Assembly (NCBI GenBank): GCA_035063585.1
Contig: JAPSGB010000054.1
Span: 1-29,571, forward strand
Direction: 5' to 3'
From: Polyangiaceae bacterium
GTDB lineage: Bacteria > Myxococcota_A > Polyangia > Polyangiales > Polyangiaceae
DNA: 29,571 nucleotides
The position numbers and the translations under genes were made by a program. Numbering within the stretch: position 1 is the first letter of the stretch; each line of letters opens with the position of its first letter. The notes under the pieces were generated by a model. It was given only the letters and a program-made list of their open reading frames with translations, did no database searches and was not told the DNA's origin. Shown here in pieces: positions 1 through 9,530 of the stretch.

Positions 1-397
1 CGCGCGGATCGCGCGCTCAGCCGGCGCGACGCGGAAGCTCGCTGCGCGTCGACACACGTGATTTCGCGGAGTTGCGCGTATCGCGTCGACGAGCGCGCCA
101 GCGCACGCGCTCGTCGCTGCGCCATTTCGGTCACGAGCGACGGCCCGCTTCGAGCGGAGGCCGTTTCGTAACCGTCTTGGCTCGCGCGCTCCGTGGGTCG
201 ACGCTAGCGCTCGAGGAGCGCGCCGCGGTCGGGCTGCGTCGTCTGCCGACGCGGCCCGACGGCCGAAGGCGCAGAAGTTCGCGTGCTTGCCGCTCTCCCG
301 CGGCGCACTCGGGCGATGAGCGCGCTCCGTGCGGCGAGGCGGGCCGCGCTGTCGAGCGGCGCGGGGAACCGGCGGGCGACCGTCGCCGGCCTCGGCA

Positions 398-618
398 CGA
401 CGTCTCCGCGCGGCGTCTCCGCGCGACGTCTCCGCGCCGCGTCTCCGCGCGGCGTCTCGGCGCGACGTCTCCGCGCCGCGTCTCCGCGCGGCGTCTCGGC
501 GCGACGTCTCCGCGCCGCGTCTCCGCGCGGCGTCTCGGCGCGACGTCTCCGCGCGGCGTCTCGGCGCGACGTCTCCGCGCGACGTCTCCGCGCGGCGTCT
601 CGGCCCGGCCTCTCGGCT
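398..618. repeat. Tandem array of ~16-17 copies of a 13-bp unit (cgacgtctccgcg / ccgcgtctccgcg / cggcgtctcggcg) with partial 39-bp higher-order period
   Basis: Units read in phase from 398 (398-410, 411-423, 424-436 ... 593-605, degenerate 606-618); each full unit contains CGTCTC; no spacers. Confidence 0.95.
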
Positions 619-669
619 CGGCGTCACCACACTTGAAGCGAGCCGCGCTAGAAGGCAGGCTGCCGCCCC

Positions 670-1119
670 GTGTCCGAGCAAAGCCAGAGCCTCTCGCGCG
701 AGCCGTTCCCGCTCCGCTCCGCGAACGGCAAGCCCATCGCCGGCCCGCGCTTCGTCGGCGGGCTCTGCGCGATCGCCGAGGCGGTGTTCTCCACCACCGA
801 GGGCCCGCCACCGGGCGAGCGGCTCACCTGGCTGAAGGACGAGCTCGAGGACTTCCTCGCGCGCGCCGGCAGCCAGACGCGGCTCATCCTTCGCCTCGCG
901 CTCCTGGCGATCACCATCGTGGCGCCGCTCCTCATCCTGCGGCTCCCGACCCTCGGACGGCTCGCGGTCGGCGACCGCGTGCGCGCGCTCGCGCGCATGG
1001 AAGACAGCGCGCTCGGCGCGCCCGTCCTCGCCGTGAAGGCGCTCCTCTGCATCCTCTACTACGAGCACCCCGACGCCCAGGCCGAGGTCGGCTTCGACGG
1101 CGAGTGTCTGCGGAGCTAG
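670..1119 (+). CDS. Small partner protein of GMC oxidoreductase (gluconate 2-dehydrogenase subunit 3-like)
   Basis: 149-aa ORF with host-like codon usage, ending KALLCILYYEHPDAQAEVGFDG, 2 nt upstream of the GMC gene; common arrangement. Confidence 0.65.
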   Translation: MSEQSQSLSREPFPLRSANGKPIAGPRFVGGLCAIAEAVFSTTEGPPPGERLTWLKDELEDFLARAGSQTRLILRLALLAITIVAPLLILRLPTLGRLAVGDRVRALARMEDSALGAPVLAVKALLCILYYEHPDAQAEVGFDGECLRS

Positions 1120-1121
1120 CC

Positions 1122-2654
1122 ATGGCCGGAGCCATCATCCACGGGCGAAGCCTCTCGGGGGCGCTCGAGCTCGACGCCGAGGTGCTGGTGGTCGGTAGCG
1201 GCGCGGCCGGCGCCGTGGTCGCGGCCACGCTGGCCGAGGCCGGGCAGGACGTCATCGTGCTCGAGGAGGGCGCGCACGTGACGCCCGCCGAGTACGGCAA
1301 GATGCGCCCGAGCCAGACCATGCGCCACATCTGGCGCGACGCCGGGCTCACCTTCGCCATCGGCCTCGGTGACACGCCGATGATCAACGTGATGATGGGT
1401 CGCTGCGTCGGCGGCTCGAGCGTGCTCACCGGCGCGGTGTGCTTCCGCATCCCGGGCGCGGTGCTCCGCCACTGGTCGACCGAACTCGGGCTCACCGAGC
1501 TCACCGAAGCCGGCATGGAGCGCTACCACGAGTCGGTCGAGCGCGCGGTGCACGTCGAGACGGTGCCGGCCCACATGCGCTCGCGCTCGACCCTGCGCTT
1601 CGCGGAGGGCGCCGCGCGGCTCGGGGTCGCCATCGAGCCGATGCGCCGCAACACGAAAGACTGCCACGGCTGCGGCCGCTGCAACTTCGGCTGCCCGCAC
1701 GGCGCGAAGATGAGCGTGGACGTCACCTATCTCCCGCGCGCGGTCGCGGCCGGCGCGCGCATCTACTCCGACTGCGCCGTCGACCGCATCACGCACGAGG
1801 GCGGGCGCGCTACCGGCGTGGTCGGCCGCGTGCTCGCCGGCCCGCGCGGCGAGACGCGCGCCCGGCTGCGCGTCCGCGCGCGCCGAGTGGTGGTGGCGGC
1901 GGGCGCCTATGGCTCGCCGCTCTTGCTCGCCGACAGCGGGCTCGGGCGGCAGTCGGGCCAGGTCGGCAAGAACCTCACGCTGCACCCAGGGTTCCGGGTG
2001 ATGGCGCGCTTCGACGAGCGCATCGAGGGCTGGAAGGGCTCGCTGCAGAGCATGTACAGCGACCACTACGAGCGCGACGGCATCACGCTCACGAGCCTCT
2101 TCGTGCCGCCCGGCGTGCTCGCCGCCACCATGCACGGTATCGGGCCCGAGCACATCCGGCGCGCGCTCACTATCCCGAACCTCGCCATCTTCGGCGGCAT
2201 GCTCCACGACGCGGCCGGCGGTGAGATCCGGCGCGGCCTCTTCGGCGGCCCGAACATCACCTATCGGATGAGCGCCGCCGATCGCGCCGTGGTGCCCATC
2301 CTCATGCGACGCATGGCCGAGATCTTCTTCGCGGGTGGCGCAAGAGAGGTGTTCCTGCCGGTGCTCGGGCTCGGCTCGGTCGACGCGGACCGCCTGCGCA
2401 CCATCGATCTCGAGCACGTGCCGGGGCGCAAGCTCGAGTGCGCGTCGCAGCACCCGCTCGGCACCTGCCGCATGGGCGTCTCGCCGCTAAACTCGGTGGT
2501 GGATCCGGACGGGCAGAGCTGGGAGCTCCGCGAGCTCTTCGTCGCCGACGGGAGCATCGTGCCGACCAGCCTGGGCGTGAACCCGCAAGTTTCCATCATG
2601 ACCATGGCCGCGCGCATCGCGGACAAGCTCCGCGAGCGCCCGCTCCCGGCGTGA
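1122..2654 (+). CDS. GMC family FAD-dependent oxidoreductase
   Basis: ATG at 1122; Rossmann motif VVGSGAAG, GRCVGGSS, CHGCGRCNFGCPHGAK, C-terminal HPLGTCRMG and DGSIVPTSLGVNPQ motifs. Confidence 0.93.
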   Translation: MAGAIIHGRSLSGALELDAEVLVVGSGAAGAVVAATLAEAGQDVIVLEEGAHVTPAEYGKMRPSQTMRHIWRDAGLTFAIGLGDTPMINVMMGRCVGGSSVLTGAVCFRIPGAVLRHWSTELGLTELTEAGMERYHESVERAVHVETVPAHMRSRSTLRFAEGAARLGVAIEPMRRNTKDCHGCGRCNFGCPHGAKMSVDVTYLPRAVAAGARIYSDCAVDRITHEGGRATGVVGRVLAGPRGETRARLRVRARRVVVAAGAYGSPLLLADSGLGRQSGQVGKNLTLHPGFRVMARFDERIEGWKGSLQSMYSDHYERDGITLTSLFVPPGVLAATMHGIGPEHIRRALTIPNLAIFGGMLHDAAGGEIRRGLFGGPNITYRMSAADRAVVPILMRRMAEIFFAGGAREVFLPVLGLGSVDADRLRTIDLEHVPGRKLECASQHPLGTCRMGVSPLNSVVDPDGQSWELRELFVADGSIVPTSLGVNPQVSIMTMAARIADKLRERPLPA

Positions 2655-3436
2655 CGCACACCTGTCGCCTGGAGGGGCTCCCGGCCGAGCTCGCGGCACG
2701 GTTCGTCGTGCTCGAAGAGGACGCGCTCGAGCGCGATTTCCGGGGCGCGCCGCCGCGTCACGGCCGCGCGCGCACCCTCGCGCAGCGCTGGCTCGCCAGC
2801 GTCATGAGCGACTTCGACGCCAACGGGCTGCTCGGCACGTACCCGATGCAGCTCCTATCGACCGCTCAATGGGGGTGCCTGCTCGGCGCGGCCGGCGGCC
2901 GCCTCCTCGATGTCGGCGCGGGCAACGGCGACGTGACCCGCGAGCTTGCTCCGCTCTTCGACGAGGTGCTCACCACCGAGCCGTCGTGGCCGATGGCGCG
3001 GCGGCTCCGGCGCCGCGGCCTGCGGTGCGCGCGAGTGGACATCACCCGGGAGCCGGTCCCCGCGAGCCCCTGGGCCACCATCTCGTGCCTCAACGTGCTC
3101 GACCGGACGGCGCGGCCGCGCACCCTGCTCGCGCGGCTCCGGGACGCGCTGGCGCCCAGCGGCCGGCTCATCCTCTCCCTGGTATTCCCTTACCAACCGG
3201 TAAGGTATGCCGGCGCGCGGCTCCTCGAGCCGCTCGAGCCCCTCGACTGCGCCGCCGCGGACTGGGAGACCGGCGTCACGAGGCTGGTCGAGCGCGAGCT
3301 CGCTCCGCTCGGGCTCACGGTGGAGCGGCTCGCGCGGGCCCCCTACTTTTCGGGCGGAGACAGCGACGCCCCGCTCTACGAGCTCGACGCGGCGGTCTTG
3401 CTCTGCCGGCGACGCGCGGCGGCGCCCCCCGGCTGA
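2651..3436 (+). CDS. METTL9/DREV-like SAM-dependent methyltransferase
   Basis: GTG start overlaps GMC stop (GTGA); motifs DANGLLGTYPMQLLS, LLDVGAGNGDVT, ISCLNVLDR, RAPYFSGGDSDAPLYELDAAVL parallel those I recall from METTL9. Confidence 0.8.
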   Translation: MTHTCRLEGLPAELAARFVVLEEDALERDFRGAPPRHGRARTLAQRWLASVMSDFDANGLLGTYPMQLLSTAQWGCLLGAAGGRLLDVGAGNGDVTRELAPLFDEVLTTEPSWPMARRLRRRGLRCARVDITREPVPASPWATISCLNVLDRTARPRTLLARLRDALAPSGRLILSLVFPYQPVRYAGARLLEPLEPLDCAAADWETGVTRLVERELAPLGLTVERLARAPYFSGGDSDAPLYELDAAVLLCRRRAAAPPG

Positions 3437-3555
3437 GCCGCGCCGGACCGACCCTCATTCCCCCGAGAATCGGGAGCCGAGCCGCCCGGGGCGCGCTGGA
3501 AGTGGCGGGCCGGTGCGCGCTCGTCTAGGCTCCAAGTAGCGCGAGGTCCATCATC

Positions 3556-4978
<1,423 letters not shown>

Positions 4979-4989
<11 letters not shown>

Positions 4990-5983
4990 CGCTCGAACCG
5001 GCGAGCGCGCCCCCTCACCTGAGCTCGTCGCGCGCTTGGCTCGGCTCGCGCTGGCGAGCGTAGGGCGCGAGTATCCGTCGCAGCTGGCGCACGTGCTCTT
5101 CTCGGACGCGGACGCCGCGCCGCCGCGCCTGCTCACCCCCGCCTTCTTCGGCGCCTACGACTGGCACTCGGCGGTGCACGGCCACTTCACGCTCGCGCGC
5201 GCAGCGCGCGTCGCGCCGGGCGGCGCGCTCGAGCGCGCGGCGCGGACCGCGCTCGGGCGAGCGCTCACCGTGGAGAACATCGCGGCGGAGGTCAGCTACG
5301 CGCAGGCGCGCGCGGGGTTCGAGCTGCCGTACGGCGCCGCCTGGCTGCTCACGCTCGCCGCCGAGCTCGGCGGCTGGGACGACCCCGACGCGTGCGAGTG
5401 GTCGCGCGCGCTCGCGCCGCTGGAGCGGCTCTCGGCCGAGCGGCTCGGGGCCTGGCTCGAGAGGCTCCCCGCGCCGGTCCGCTCGGGCGAGCACTCGCAG
5501 AGCATGTTCGCGACCGGGCTCCTGCTCGACTGGGCGCGCGCGCGCGGGCGCGACGAGCGCCGCGTCGCAGAGCGCGTCCGGGAGCTGCACGAGCGTGATC
5601 GCGACGGCCCGCTACACCTCGAGCCGTCGGCCTTCGATTTTCTGTCGCCGTGTCTCGCCACCGCCGATCTCATGCGCCGCGTGCTCTCGCCCGAGCCGTT
5701 CGCGGCCTGGCTCACCCGCTTCTTGCCGCGACTCGAGCTCACGCCAGCGCGCTGCCCCGACCCGAGCGACGGCAAGCTCGCGCACCTCGACGGGCTCAAC
5801 CTGAGCCGCGCCTGGATGCTCGCGAGCATCGCGCGCGCGCTGCCCGCGGCCGACCCGCGGCGCGCTCCGCTCGCGGAGTCGGCGCGCGTGCACCTCGGGG
5901 CCGGGCTCGCCCAGGTGACGGGAGAGCACTACGAGGGCGCGCACTGGCTCGGCACCTTCGCGCTCTACGCGCTCACCAGCTGA
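4979..5983 (+). CDS. DUF2891 family protein
   Basis: REYP, PAFFGAYDWHSAVHGH, FELPYGAAWLL, DFLSPCL, HLDGLNLSRAW, YEGAHWLGTFALY motifs; start uncertain (TTG 4979 or 5036). Confidence 0.85.
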
Positions 5984-6016
5984 GCGCCGGCTCGGGCCGG
6001 CGCAAATGACGCTAGG

Positions 6017-7765
6017 ATGCCGCGCGTGCCGCTCGTCCGCTCACCACGCTCCCGCCGGCTCACCGCGGTCGCGGCCCTCCTGCTGCTCGCGAGCGGGCTC
6101 GCCGCGCATTTCTGGGTGTCGCGGAAGCGCGCGCGGCGGGGCGCCGCGGAGCTCTACGCCGCCGCCGTGGCGCTCGCGGCCTGCGCGCTCGAGCGCTCGC
6201 CGCCCGCGAGGCCCGCCGAGCTCGCGGCCGCGCTCGCGCCGCGCGTCCTGCTCGCCGAGCGAGCGAGCCGGCCGCTCGCGGCCTGCGCGCGTCGGGCGAG
6301 CGAGCTCGCCCGGCGGAGCGCCGAGCAGCGCGGCACGCCGTTCCATCGCGACCCCGGCGAGGTCGACGAGCTCGCCAGCATCGCCGGCGAGCTCACCCGC
6401 TTCGACTGGAACGCCGAGGCACGCGCGCTCGCCGCGCCCGGCGCGCTCGAGCGGCTCCCCGGGCTCCTCGCGCGCGCGCTCGAGGTGGGCTGCCACGTCG
6501 CGGTCTCCGAGGGCGCGTTCGGCTCGCCGCCCTGCCCTCGCGGCGGCCCGACGCCGGGGCTCCGGCTGCCCGCGCCGCGCGGCGCGCTCGCGATCGCGCT
6601 CGGCTCGAGGCTCGGCGAGGTGCGCTGGGGCACGAGCGCCGAGGGCGACGCATTCGCCATCGCCAGCTCCGCCGCGACGACCAACCTCCGAGTCTCCGGG
6701 AGTTGGTTGTCGGTTCGGCGCGGAGCCGAGCGCGCCGAGGAGCGCGTCCTCGCGACGCCGACCGGCGCGGGCGCGCCGCTCGCGCCGCCGATGCTGGCGT
6801 GGGCCGACGGCGCGCCGCGCTTCGCGCTGACGCTGACTCGCGACGCCAGCGGACGCACGCGCGGCGCGCTCTCGCGCGTCGACGGCGCCACCGACGTCGC
6901 GACGAGCGCGGGCGCGCTCGACGAGCTGCCCGCGGGCTTCGCGCTCGGAGTGGCCGGCGCGCCGCTCTTCGTGCGCGCCGGCGCACCGGTCCTCGCGCTC
7001 ACGAGCGCCGCTCCCGACGCCGAGGGCGGCGCGCTCCTCACGTGGTCCGCGCCGGACCGACCTGCCTCCCTCTTCACTGGGCTGCCCGGGCGGCTCATCG
7101 CGGCGTGGTCGCCCGGCACCCCACTGCTCGTGACAGCCCGCGAGCGCGACGAGGGGACCGCGCTCGCGGTCCGTCCGGCCGACGCGCTCCCAGCCCCGTC
7201 GCTCGCCGACGCGCTGGTCCCGGGCGCGACGCGGCCGCGCATCGGCGACGCGCGAGCTTGCGGCGAGCGCCTGTTCTTCACGATGACGAGCGGCGAGAAG
7301 ACGTGGCTCATCGTGGCCGGCTCGAGCCAGATCGAGGTGACGGCGCTCTCCGCGCGCGCGGGAGCGGCGCTCGCGGTCGTGTGCGGTGGCTGCGCGCCCG
7401 AGGTGCTCGAGCGGAGCGATCAGGGCTTGCGGCTCCTCGCTCCGCGCGGCGCGACGCGAGAGGTCCCGATCGCCGCCGCGGCGGACACCGCCGCCCTCGC
7501 GAGCGCCCGCGCCGCGTGCACCGCGGAAGCGACCGTGGTCGCGATGATCGCCCGCGGGGCCGTGCTCGTCGCGCACGCGCCGGCCGGCCAGGGCTTCGCG
7601 CCGCCGGTGCCGGTCGCAGAGCCGAACGCCGAGGGCGCGCCAGCGGAGCTCGACGCGCTCGCCGTGGGAAGACGGCTGGTGCTCGTCTGGCGGCGCGCGA
7701 CCCCGCGACCGCGCGAGGTGGCGCTCGAGCTGCTCGAGAGCGACGACGGCGCGGCGTGGCGCTAG
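6017..7765 (+). CDS. Hypothetical membrane-anchored Ala/Gly-rich protein
   Basis: 582-aa ORF with GC3 bias and N-terminal hydrophobic segment (LTAVAALLLLASGLAAHFWV); no family recognised. Confidence 0.7.
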   Translation: MPRVPLVRSPRSRRLTAVAALLLLASGLAAHFWVSRKRARRGAAELYAAAVALAACALERSPPARPAELAAALAPRVLLAERASRPLAACARRASELARRSAEQRGTPFHRDPGEVDELASIAGELTRFDWNAEARALAAPGALERLPGLLARALEVGCHVAVSEGAFGSPPCPRGGPTPGLRLPAPRGALAIALGSRLGEVRWGTSAEGDAFAIASSAATTNLRVSGSWLSVRRGAERAEERVLATPTGAGAPLAPPMLAWADGAPRFALTLTRDASGRTRGALSRVDGATDVATSAGALDELPAGFALGVAGAPLFVRAGAPVLALTSAAPDAEGGALLTWSAPDRPASLFTGLPGRLIAAWSPGTPLLVTARERDEGTALAVRPADALPAPSLADALVPGATRPRIGDARACGERLFFTMTSGEKTWLIVAGSSQIEVTALSARAGAALAVVCGGCAPEVLERSDQGLRLLAPRGATREVPIAAAADTAALASARAACTAEATVVAMIARGAVLVAHAPAGQGFAPPVPVAEPNAEGAPAELDALAVGRRLVLVWRRATPRPREVALELLESDDGAAWR

Positions 7766-7792
7766 CCGCCGGGGCGGGCGCGACGAAGGGGC

Positions 7793-7820
7793 TCGACAGC
7801 CGGACGCGGCCGGGTAATCT
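7793..7820 (+). promoter_or_regulatory. Putative native sigma70-type tRNA promoter
   Basis: TCGACA (7793-7798), 16 bp, TAATCT (7815-7820), then a GC-rich discriminator 11 nt before the tRNA 5' sequence at 7832. Confidence 0.55.
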
Positions 7821-7830
7821 CGCGCCTCCG

Positions 7831-7870
7831 AGCCGAAGTGGCGGAACTGGCAGACGCGGCGGACTCAAAA
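7831..7870 (+). repeat. attL: 40-bp direct repeat, 5' half of tRNA-Leu(CAA) ending at the anticodon loop
   Basis: agccgaagtggcggaactggcagacgcggcggactcaaaa is identical to 18127-18166; diverges right after CTCAAAA. Confidence 0.95.
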
Positions 7871-8204
7871 GGCCGAGCCGTCGCCTGCGATTTCGCAACC
7901 TTGCGAGATTGCTTGTTCCGGATCTGACGCGGAGCGACCTGGAGCGCCCGTTCCCGGGCAGTCGATGGGCAATCGCGAGGGCTGGGACCGCGTGCTCGGC
8001 GCTGCGCTCGAGGCGAAGGCCGACGAGCTCGTCGCGTCGATCGCCGTCGCCGGCGACGCCGTCGAGGCCGCCCTCGCCGAAGCGCTCCACGCCGCGACGG
8101 CGGCCGGGCGCTGGGACGTTGTCCGTCAGCTCGCCGGAGAGCTCGAGGCGCGCCGGCGAGCGCGGGCTGGTATCGTTTCTCTGGCAGAACGCCGAGCGAA
8201 GTAA
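7869..8204 (+). other. Detached integrase C-terminal segment (111 aa), in frame with int across the att core; contains ORF 7965-8204
   Basis: The int frame (ccg aag tgg ... act caa) continues at attL without a stop: KAEPSPAIS...MGNREGW...AGRWDVVRQLAGELEARRRARAGIVSLAERRAK*. Confidence 0.8.
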
Positions 8205-8261
8205 GAAAGCGGCCGGCGCCCCTGGCAGGGCCCGGCCGCATGACAGGGAGTCGTGGTCCCC

Positions 8262-8810
8262 GTGGCGAGCAAGAAAGCACAGCCGAAGAATCCCAGCAAG
8301 GCAACCGGCATCCTCGAGCTTCTCGAGTTGCCGACCGATCGCCTGCTCCTGGCGCTCGCGTTCAAGCTGCGACGCGAAGCGATCAACGAACCGACCGTGG
8401 AGCGCATCGACCGCGCCGCGGCTGTCCGTGCTCTTCTCCCCCCGTCGCAACGCTTCCCGCTTCCGGCGCGTCGCTACGATAGCCGGCGACGCGCCGCGCG
8501 CGCAGTCGTACGCGACATCGCGAGCTCGCCGATCCTCCGGCTCGTCGACGACGCACGCTACACGCTGGCGGCCGAGCTCGCGCTCGGCGTGCTGGCGCGT
8601 CGGATGCCGGAGCACTCGTTCCACGAGCTCCGCGCAATGCCGCGCGACGCCGGCAAGGCGGCCGCGGTTCGCCTCGCCGAAGAGCTCGAGGCGATCACGT
8701 TCGATCGCCGGCGCGCACTGACGGCGAAGCAGATCGCGATCGAGGCGCTCGTGGTGACAGGAATGCAGCGGCGCCCGGCCGGGTACATCTTCCGCGGCGT
8801 GTCGGCGTAA
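8262..8810 (+). CDS. Hypothetical element protein
   Basis: ~182-aa ORF; GGGAG at 8246-8250; GTG start 8262 or 8253; no family recognised. Confidence 0.7.
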   Translation: MASKKAQPKNPSKATGILELLELPTDRLLLALAFKLRREAINEPTVERIDRAAAVRALLPPSQRFPLPARRYDSRRRAARAVVRDIASSPILRLVDDARYTLAAELALGVLARRMPEHSFHELRAMPRDAGKAAAVRLAEELEAITFDRRRALTAKQIAIEALVVTGMQRRPAGYIFRGVSA

Positions 8811-8830
8811 CCGGACGGAAGTTTCCACGA

Positions 8831-8869
8831 CCGCAACATCCGTTAGCAAAGTGCTGGCAGATGTTGGGG
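8831..8869. promoter_or_regulatory. Imperfect inverted repeat directly upstream of the 8871 ATG
   Basis: ccgcaacatccgttagca-aag-tgctggcagatgttgggg; caacatc/gatgttg pair perfectly. Confidence 0.5.
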
Positions 8870-8870
8870 C

Positions 8871-9077
8871 ATGCAACGCCTCGACGCCGCGACCGCCCGC
8901 CGCTTCGCCGTGCTCTGCGACGCCGACGAGCGCACGGTCAAGAAGGTCTGGGATGCGCTCGCCAGCGGTGAGCAGATCCGCGGCGCCATCCGTCAACGGA
9001 TCCTGCGGACGCTGATCGCCCACGGGTTCGTGACGTCGGCCACGTCCGTACCGGAGGTGGACCTTGCCCGGCGCTGA
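8871..9077 (+). CDS. Small putative HTH DNA-binding protein
   Basis: 68 aa; ARRFAVLCDADERTVKKV is HTH-like; first gene of a coupled run. Confidence 0.55.
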   Translation: MQRLDAATARRFAVLCDADERTVKKVWDALASGEQIRGAIRQRILRTLIAHGFVTSATSVPEVDLARR

Positions 9078-9318
9078 CCCCACGATCGCGGTGCTCGTCG
9101 GGCCGAAGAACGCCCGGTGGGTGCTCGGCATCGAGTGGTCGGTTGCGAAGCGCGCCGCGCTGGACGCCGGCTTGCGTCCCGTGCGCATCGGTCGTGCCGG
9201 ATGCTTCCGGGTCGGCGAGCTGCTCGAGGCGCTCGAGCGCGCCGACAAGCCGGCGGACGTCGCGCCGGTGCTCGACCTGCGCGACGAGCTCGTGCGGCGC
9301 ATGGGGGGCTCGCGGTGA
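9064..9318 (+). CDS. Putative excisionase/AlpA-like winged HTH protein
   Basis: GLRPVRIGRAGCFRVGELLEALE resembles the wing of Xis/MerR-like HTHs; lies upstream of the primase; start uncertain. Confidence 0.55.
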   Translation: MPGADPTIAVLVGPKNARWVLGIEWSVAKRAALDAGLRPVRIGRAGCFRVGELLEALERADKPADVAPVLDLRDELVRRMGGSR

Positions 9319-9530
9319 CACGTCGCTTGCGTCGCCAGATGGCGCGACAGCAGCTCGCCGCGACGCCGGCGCCGGTGCTCGCGGCGATGCTCCGCGCGCG
9401 CGACCGCGCGACGTGCGACCGGTGCGGCGCAGCGTGCGACGGCCGCGCGCTCGTCAAGGTCGAGGCCGTCGCCGGCGCGCTCGTCGTCGACGTCACGTGC
9501 TGGGGCTGCAGGCAGGAGCGCGCCGCGTGA
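9315..9530 (+). CDS. Small zinc-ribbon protein
   Basis: GTGA-coupled start; CDRC...CWGC motifs; stop overlaps next ATG. Confidence 0.65.
   Translation: MTRRLRRQMARQQLAATPAPVLAAMLRARDRATCDRCGAACDGRALVKVEAVAGALVVDVTCWGCRQERAA

Noticed and set aside
398..618. CRISPR array
   Set aside because: Contiguous 13-bp units, no unique spacers, no cas genes.
72..1121. 860-aa ORF as an N-terminally extended GMC enzyme
   Set aside because: The extension is translated repeat and Arg-rich noise and overlaps the better ORF 670-1119; the GMC domain begins at ATG 1122.
7832..7915. Second functional tRNA-Leu
   Set aside because: Identity stops at the anticodon loop; no T-arm or acceptor 3' strand follows.
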